Shown: positions 55,553-64,000 of the stretch, piece by piece | Numbering within the stretch: the first letter of the stretch is position 1 | Layout of the letters: each line of letters starts with the position of its first letter | Source: Octopus sinensis | Taxonomy: Eukaryota | Assembly: GCF_006345805.1 (NCBI RefSeq) | Contig: NC_043009.1 | Location: 11,904,001-11,968,000 of the forward strand | Length of the DNA stretch: 64,000 nucleotides | Direction: 5' to 3' | Notes under the pieces: model-generated | What the model saw: the letters and a program-made list of their open reading frames with translations, nothing else | Databases searched by the model: none | What the model was told of the DNA's origin: nothing | Translations under genes and position numbers: made by a program

Positions 55553-57260
55553 GCTTCAAATAAACGTTCTCATTTGATAATGTACTTGTGATTATTTTAT
55601 CCAATTCCCAGGCCGAATTTATTTATTTATTAATTTCGTAATTCATATTTGCTGGGTCGTTGCAGGGAGCCATAGCAAAGATCCGTAAAAGCCCATCGGA
55701 CCTATACTTATTACATATAACTGTAATATTAATCGGATAAGCAAATAAATATTCTTTCGGATAGAATATAACGCAATCTCTCAGTTTCAGAAGGAAGATC
55801 TGGTTCCCATTTTGGAGCAGGCAATGAAAATTCATTCGTCTATTTCTCCCACATGGGATACGGAAAAATGTAGCGAGACCATCCGGATTTTAATTTCCAT
55901 GTAGTACTTTTATCTGCTTCAATATGTTTGCACCATGGGCATTTGTCTGTCTGGTTAACGTTTGGCTGATAAATATTTGGCGTTTGGTTATTTCATGCAA
56001 CGAAATCCTTAGACTGATATCAGGCCGTTTGATCCACAGTGGATGGGGAATATATCAAACTTATATCTTTTATGCCTTTTACCGTTTCACTCATTGGGCA
56101 GAAGCCATGCCAGGGTGCCACAAATCGACCCCACAACATGTTTTTTTTTTAAAGTCTGGTGCTTGCTCTGTCAGTATCTTTTGTTGAATGGCTAAGTTAG
56201 CGGGACGTAAACAAAAGCAGCACCGGTTGTCAAGCGGTAATGGTGGATGACAAATGCCGACACAAATGCACTCTCGTACACACACATACATACACACATA
56301 CCTGCATCCACACACACACACACACCATCGTATATCACCTGAAAATTCTCAACATGTCACTAACGATGCACACCTCATAGGTTCGTCGTCACTGGATTAA
56401 GCACTACGCTGATATTGATTTCTTGCGTAGTTGCAAGGCCCCTAGATGTGGGTTTCGGCATAATCAATTAGACAGATCTGATCTCATTAATTAACTAGTA
56501 CATACTTTATTGGCCCTTGAAGGATGAAAGATAAAATTGAACTCGTCGACACAACATTAATACGGCAAGGATGTTGTGATCATACTTGTTTAGGTCGACT
56601 CCCGTAATATTTCTTTGATGGACACTAAAAGGGTAAAACTATATATAAAGTCTTGCTAGCATTGATTTCAGCTTCAGATATTTGGTACAGCATTCAACAA
56701 TTTCTATCAACTCGCCACCCTTTTTCCTTAAAATAACTACTGAGAATATTTTGCATTTGTAATGTACGCGAAAAAAAACAACAAAAAGCACTATTGGCTT
56801 TGTAAATACAGATACCATGGCTAGGGGTACAATTGAAAGGAAAATGCTGCAAATGGGTTGATATTTTGGATTATGAGACGGTCAATGAGTTCGGAAGAAC
56901 ATACTTTGGTGCAGAAAATACAGAAGATGATAAAAAAAATCTCCATATCGGTGGATAAGATAAAATGTTCTTTCGTTAGAATCTTTGTAATGTTTGCACT
57001 TAATAACTTACTTGTGCTGCCGAACCTGTTCAACGAGGAATGTTGGTTTGATAGTTCTTTAAGTTTGGGGCACGAGATATAAGGGTAAGTAGTTAGACTT
57101 GGCCATTAAGTACAAAGGACTTTGCCAATAAAGGCAAAAATAAAGCAAACAAAAAATTCCACCACAATCTCTTCCCTTGTGAATAAAGGATATAACAGGA
57201 TCTTCAACTGCGTCAGAATGGTAAAAACAGAATTCATTCTAACATTACGGTCTGTGATAG

Positions 57261-57362
57261 ATACCAGAATATCGTTGGTGGTCGATGACAATTAACGGAG
57301 CTGACTGGACTCCAGGGAACAAATGCCGATTGTTTCATAGACATTTGGATCTACTTGAATGA
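57261..57362 (+). pseudogene. Possible decayed THAP-domain fragment (DNA transposon-derived)
   Basis: PEYRWWSMTINGADWTPGNKCRLFHRHL resembles the THAP motif RxxWxxxIxRxDWxPxxxxxLCxxHF; three single-base changes would restore R, C and F. Confidence 0.35.
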
Positions 57363-57666
57363 AGACTGCGGCAATAAATGTGTCAATGTTTCTTATGTCC
57401 ACACCAGATAAAAGATATACATACATACATATGCAAATACACACACACACACACACATATGCATTCCTACATACATACACACACACACACATATATATAT
57501 ATACATACATACATACATACACATACATACACACATATACAAATATATATATATACAAACACATTTATGATATATATATATTTACATTTGTACACACACA
57601 TATAAGCATATGTAAATATGTATGCACCTATCTATCTATCTATCTATTTATCTATCTATCTATCTA

Positions 57667-57720
<54 letters not shown>

Positions 57721-57726
57721 GTTTGT

Positions 57727-57795
<69 letters not shown>

Positions 57796-57904
57796 CATAT
57801 CTATCTATCCATATCTATATATAAATCAGAGGCGGCTCGAAGAATTTCACGTTTTTCTGCAATATTTCTAGCCCCAATATTTCTAACCCTTATTTTTTAT
57901 ATCT

Positions 57905-58080
57905 AGCAATGTATGCCAGAAGGTTTGCTAATCTAACGGAGGCCTCAAAAGACATTTTAAGATCCACAAAGATTAGAACTTAACTGCAGCTCTTGGTGGT
58001 CCAAATCCGATATGCAATCTATGTGGGTGTCTTTTCAAAACATTGTCTGGTTTAAAAAGCCACATCAGATGCTATGATAG
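57905..58080 (+). pseudogene. Decayed tandem C2H2-type zinc-finger fragment, probably a LINE ORF2 C-terminus
   Basis: A single frame reads SNVCQKVC*SNGGLKRHFKIHKD*...PICNLCGCLFKTLSGLKSHIRCY, with two in-frame stops. Confidence 0.6.
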
Positions 58081-58286
58081 TTTTGAGATGTAGGTACAGG
58101 AAGTGGTCAAACTCTGCATAAGGAGTAGACAACCACGATAGATATATATACATATATATATGTTAAACTACCCGTGACCCGTTGGGTCATCTGCAAAGTC
58201 TGAGTTTCTCAGCAACGGAGTTTTGTTAAATTTTTTTTTCCATCGAAATCACGTGTAAACGGCTCCTTTCCCTGGAAAAAGAAATA

Positions 58287-58396
58287 TTTGGCTGCTATTT
58301 TTTGCATGCCCTGCTACCACGTAACAGGTATTTCGAGTCCTTTATCGCAAATAGCTGTTACGTGGTAGCAGGGCGTGCTAGAAATAGTAGACCAAA
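58287..58396. repeat. Inverted repeat, ~47-bp arms, 15-nt spacer
   Basis: GCCCTGCTACCACGTAACAG / CTGTTACGTGGTAGCAGGGC is a perfect core with imperfect outer arms. Confidence 0.85.
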
Positions 58397-60172
58397 TCTT
58401 TGGCGCTGAGATACGACGAATGCACTCGAAGAAATTTTTATAATGTTATTCTCTTAGGGTGATCTTTCGCTTTGACTCTCAGAACTGTAATCCAGATCAG
58501 CTGGTCTTGTTCGTTAATTTCCGTCAAAAAGTTTTATCTATTTACTTTTGTTTTAAAGTGAAAGATGTATGAACGTGTATATGAAATGGACGTGTGTGTG
58601 TGTGTTTGAGAGAGAGAGAGAGAGCCACTTACACATAAGAATACACACGTTTACTCACTTTCTCTCTCTCCCTCTTTCTATCTTTTTCTCTCTCTTCTTC
58701 TCTCTCTCTTTCAGACACACACACGTCATTTCATATACACGTACATACATATTTCACGTTCTCTTCTTTAAAACAAAAGTAAATAAAAAATTTTTTTACG
58801 GTAATTAACGACTCGAAAATAATAAAAAAAAACATTAAAATGTTGTCTCTTTAAAGAAAACTAAAATATAAATACTTAACTACACAAACAGCTTACATTT
58901 CTGAAATTACATTCAGTTAAAAATATTTCTAAATGATTAAAATATTGTGTACGTCAAAATGTCGACTTTTGTTTTAGAGAGCGCGAAAACTATGAGTGTG
59001 TATATGTCACAGATAGCGGACGTGTGTTTGTGTTGATTGACACGCCATGACATTCATTATATGTGCATGTATTCTGTATGTGTGTTGACGTCACGAATAA
59101 ACACAAAAATTCTGTTTACCCGTTTTCATTAGTAAATAGAGGTCCAAATGTTACAAAAATTTGGACTTCACTGTCGAAGGTAAGTATGAAAATAAATATG
59201 CTAAAAAAATTAAGATAAAATATACTATTTCTCAGATATTTCGGGTACACACAGACATCCCTAGAGTTTTAGTATTATTAAGATATATAGTATTGAGGTG
59301 CGCTCGCAGGTCTACACGCGTGTGTTTGTGCACGTGAGTGTGTTTGTATTTATAAGTATTTTATAGGAAATCGAAAGAAAAGAGAGTTTTAAAATTTTTT
59401 GCTTATAGGTTCATATGATAATTTTAGTACCACATACCAACATTGGATGCCAACTTTGGATGTAATACGTGGCTTGATTTATCACCACCGGTTGGGCCTT
59501 GGTGTTTTAAAGCATTCTCACTCTGTTGTAAACATCCTTGGGCCAGGCTATTGCTCTAACGTTTACTCATGAGAAGTAGCGTAGCTGGTGATGGTGGTGG
59601 TGTGGTGGGGCATCTGCTCTAAGTGACTTTTTTATGGGGCAGCACATTTGGTCTGTTGTATAATACTATAAGGAAGGATGCGACAAACTCAAGGGCTGTC
59701 CCACGGGAGTACATACTCTAGCTATACCACAGCCCCTAAGTTGTGATATTTTTACCGATTTTTTATAGGGTGTCCTATATAATGAGAGCTGCCCTTCTTC
59801 TTCTGACATAACCATGGAAAAACAAAATGGAAAAAAAAAAACGGGAAGAAAATTGAAGCACTTGTCGTGGATATTTTTTTCTAGATGATATAATAATAAC
59901 GAATCAAGGAGGGAGCCTCTACGTGTCGCTTGACCTTCTAGAAGTAGAAGCCAGATCTTTTGTAAATCTAAAGGTCACACTGGATAATGTAGATCAGGGT
60001 CCATGCGGCCTCTGAGTGTCCATATAAAGTTTTTAGGGGTCCATGCAGCAAAATAGTATGTTATGGATCCACAATAGTACTTTAAGGGCCTATGGGAAAA
60101 TTTTTATTTAAATATTTGCACTGGTATGTTTTGCAAGAAACTGCTAAGCTTCTTTCTCTAGCATTTTGCATA

Positions 60173-60433
60173 ATAAAAAATAAATGCGCCGTTTTTAAAG
60201 CCTAGCCAGGCTCATGGGCCCAGTTCCCCGGTTTCTATGACGTATGTGTTCCCCAGCTGGACGGGACGCCAGTCCATCGCAGTGTTACTCCTTTTTGCCA
60301 GCTGACTGGACGGGAGCAACGTGAAATGAAGTGTTTTGCTCAAGAACACAACGCGTCGCCCGGTCCAGGAATCGAAACCACAATCTTACGATCATGATGC
60401 TGACACCCTAACCACTAAGCCACGCGCCTCCAC
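60173..60433 (-). mobile_element. SINE family C with 13-bp TSD
   Basis: TSD AGCATTTTGCATA at 60160-60172 and 60434-60446. Confidence 0.93.
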
Positions 60434-61749
60434 AGCATTTTGCATAGTTCAACCTAAACAAATTAATGTGTGAATAACAAAATAGGAATTTTGAAAGAAG
60501 CTTCTATAAAACTTGCTTTTAAACATCAGAATAAAATAGTAATCAAAGGGGTTCATAGATGGAAAATGGTGGAGAACTTCTGCTGTTGATCAATCAAGAT
60601 ACCCTACATCTGAGCAAAAGAGGGAGAGAGGGGTCACTGTTGAATCCCTTCTGAGCATGTCTAGTTGTCATTGTTGTTGATTATACACAGATTAGCGCTG
60701 ATCGAGTAGATTTGTTGTTCCAAGGGCATTCCAATCACGACCAGTCCGCCTTTTTAAAGGATGTTTAGGATTAAAGTACTTAATGCGTTCTTTCCTTTTT
60801 TCAAGATTGAGAGTGGCTTTAGAGAGACTTGGCTGCTATGTCTAGCAGGTTGGGCAACCACGTAAAGATTCTCTAGTTGGCTTCATACTGTGTAGGGCAT
60901 AGCAGAGTCAACAAGCACTGTACGGGGAGCATCTGCGGTATCTCAAGGCTATCGTGCTATCGTGACCCAAAATTCTAGCTTTCACCACTAAAAAAAATAG
61001 AATTAAAAAAAAAATGTGTTTACAGCCACGGCGACGTTTTGAAAACTGTAACATGTGCAATTGTGAAAATTTCTTTGCATATTAGAGTCTATTCAGTGAA
61101 CATTTATTCATACATGAAGAGAAGAACGAAAAAAAGGAAAATAAGACAACGAGAAGGAAAAAGAAAAGAAATATACGAATATGTGTGTGTGTGTGTCTGT
61201 GAGAGGAAATTTTATGAGCGGGAAGAGGGGAGGAAGAAGGGGAAGGAGAACAGTAGAGAGATGGTAGAGTGAAGGAGGGAGATATAGAAGGGAGAGTGTG
61301 TAAGAAGGTGATAAATAAAAAGATAGGGTGTGGTTGTAAACGAGGGAAAGGAAGTATGTTTTGGTGCGCGTGCGCACTGTGTGTCTGTTTATGTGATTCT
61401 GCTGAACAAATATACTACAGGGCTACAAAAGAAAACGGGAGAAAGGCAGATAATGACAACGATAGATAGATAGATAAATAGATAGACAGAAAGAGAGGGA
61501 GAGAGAGAGAGAGTGAGCCAAAATTTTGGAACGGTTCGTTAGAAAGTGCATAAGGTTCAGACATATTGCCTCTATATGAAGTGAGCTTGCAATTACTTCC
61601 TGCCGAAATTGAGTGAGACAAATGAAAGAAAGTAAATTCGTAAGACAGAAAATAAATCTAGGAAAACGGAGCAGAAAAAGAAAAAGCAGGGACTATAAAA
61701 ACCTGTTCAAAATGAGTGAAGGAAGAAAAAAAAAGAGAAAGAAAAGAAA

Positions 61750-62168
61750 GGTGTAAGAATGGCTGTGTGGTAAGTAGCTTGCTTACCAACCACATGGTCC
61801 CGGGTTCAGTCCCACTGTGTGGCACCTTGGGCAAGTGTCTTCTACTATAGCCTCAGGCCGGCCAAAGCCTTGTGAGTGGATTTGGTAGACAGAAACTGAA
61901 AGAAGCCCGTCGTATATATGTATATATATATATATATATGTATGTGTGTATATATGATTGTGTGTCTGTATCTGTCTCCCAAACATCGCTTGACAACCGA
62001 TGCTGGTGTGTTTACGTTCCCGTAACTTAGCGGTTCGGCAAAAGAGACCGATAGAATAAGTACTAGGCTTACAAAGAATAAGTCCTGGGGTCGATTTGCT
62101 CGACTAAAGGCGGTGCTCCAGCATGGCCACAGTCAAATGACTGAAACCAGTAAAAGAGTAAAGAGTAA
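61750..62168 (+). mobile_element. SINE family B
   Basis: Full-length match. Confidence 0.92.
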
Positions 62169-62779
62169 AGGAAAGAAATATGCAAGAAAGAACGAGAGAA
62201 AAGAAGAAAATGAAAAATGAAAGATAAAATAAAATAAAATAAAAACAAAGCAAAGAAAGAAAAAGAACGAAAACAAAGTCGCTAACCCCTACGTCTCGAC
62301 ATGTTTTTCGAGTTAGGGCTCACCGCTGCGCGATAAGGTAAGCTCACTATTGGAGCTGAGACTTAAAATGAACAGTGAAGAAGGAAATATCACTGCATGT
62401 GTGGATGAATGATTTTTGGAAATGAATGAACGAACGAAGGAAAGGAAACATAAAAACGAAAGAAAGCTTGACTGAAACAAGAAGGTAGAAAGAAGAAAGG
62501 CAGAAAACTAGAAAAGGAACGAGGTAGTGTGGACCAAATTGTGCATCAGTTGCAGTTGTATTTGGTAGGAAGTAAGCAGGACATATCTTCTGGAAATTAA
62601 ATGTCCAGATGGTCTTACTCATTACCGCTTTTAACTGACACCTCTCTAAACAAACTACTATACTCACACTCGGCGCGTGTGTAAACTGAGGAATGATAGA
62701 GGATATAACATCCCAGTGACCTCCCTTGATAGCGGGTTAACTTTACGATATTCGTTGACATGGCTGGTCATTTTCCTTA

Positions 62780-63300
62780 CCCTAAATCCTCGACTATAAA
62801 TCCGCATTTTCCCCCAAAAATTTAAAGGTCAAAATCCCTAGTGCGTTCTATATACGAGGTTAAAAATGAAAAATATTTTCTAAGCAACGTCTGAGTCTCT
62901 ACTTGCTGTCTGGCAATGTTTATTCAGATGCATTTTGTGATGTCGGGCGCGAAAATACCTTAAGCTAAGCCTGAAAGCAATGAAGTCATAAAAGAATCAT
63001 CCATAACTGCAGTAAGCAACATTTATTAAAATAAAAGTATTCAGAATACAGAATAACGTGTAACAAAAACAATTTGCAAACATATTTACATTCCCATATA
63101 ACAGTTAAGAACACACCATTACTGTATTACGCATGCGCGGAAGTATTTGTTCGACTAGGTGCTGCTGGCTTAATTACGCGGGATTCAAGTGAGAGGAGTG
63201 GTGTGTATTATATACAAGGCTTAGGTTTTTCAGAGGTATAGCCCCCTACAAATCCCCTGCGTATTATACTCAAGGGTGGACTATACTCGAGGATTTACGG
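62780..63300. mobile_element. Non-autonomous Tc1/mariner-superfamily (Tc2/pogo-like) element, 521 bp
   Basis: TA|CCCTAAATCCTCGACTATA ... TATACTCGAGGATTTACGG|TA: TIRs with TA flanks. Confidence 0.8.
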
Positions 63301-63505
63301 TATTACTTTTTGTGATTTTCTCTCTTTATTCCTGTTGTTTAACATCACTGAATGCGTTCATTTATCTAATGTTCCTTTTATTGCATGATTTGAACGAGAT
63401 TTGTCAGTCAAGATGAATTACCGCGTAAGTGGCTCTTTTTTGTATAGCTCATCAGTTTTGTACTATGTGCTTGTTAGAATGGCAAAATTTAAAGAATATT
63501 TATTT

Positions 63506-63715
63506 GACATTAATAATTATTGCCAAGCTAATATAGCAGTCCATAAATATAGGACGGAAGCTGCCGTTGATTAGCTGCAAGAGGCCATCGCCTCGAGCTA
63601 GCTATGTGACACACGAACCTGTGTATACCGTGATGGCCTCTTGGAGCTAATCAACGGCAGCTTTCGTCCTATGTTTATGAACTGCCATATTAGCTTGGCG
63701 ATAACTATTAATGTC
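63506..63715. repeat. Long hairpin/foldback element: 86-bp arms, 38-nt spacer
   Basis: 63506-63591 matches the reverse complement of 63630-63715 ungapped with 8 mismatches. Confidence 0.92.
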
Positions 63716-63935
63716 CAGTACCACTGCCGTAGTCTCCTTTAGAGAGAAATAATAATATTTATATTTGACATTATCAAAGAGGAAAAAATTAAAAAAGGTA
63801 TTTAATTAGAAAGAAAGAACAAAAAAATTGCAAAGGCTGTTTAAGTACAATCAGCCGTCACTGCGATCGAGTATGACTTAATAGCATGAACATACACCAG
63901 GACGAAGGACTATGTATATATTCAGTCGTATTAAG

Positions 63936-64000
<65 letters not shown>

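Overview
Eukaryotic, AT-rich, microsatellite- and transposon-dense DNA. The tRNA-derived SINE families and SSR load look cephalopod (Octopus-like); this is inference from repeat style. One protein-coding gene is supported: a minus-strand Delta-class Notch ligand. I reconstructed it by hand from GT-AG exons at 31994-31934, 29976-29722, 27994-27934 or 26890-26830, 25404-25274, 23972-23806, 21315-21102 and 19489-18858. It encodes the end of the N-terminal C2/MNNL domain, a DSL domain and 9 EGF repeats, and all splice phases join in frame. The signal-peptide and early C2 exons were not found in the remaining 32 kb. Four observations stand out. (1) The 61-nt EGF1 exon is present twice, identically, inside a ~1.1-kb tandem duplication, so including both copies creates a premature stop. 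(2) The ORF ends in a hydrophobic tail with no intracellular domain. (3) The DSL domain has Leu at the conserved Notch-binding Phe. (4) Short repeats in the introns carry minimal, dimer-type hammerhead-ribozyme motifs, and both sense-strand copies have broken cores. The rest is mariner, maT, Tc2-like, hAT and piggyBac-like MITEs, Helitron/Helentron elements, CR1 and RTE LINE 3' remnants, several SINE families, foldback hairpins and SSRs. Nearly all ORFs in the supplied track are SSR or repeat noise.
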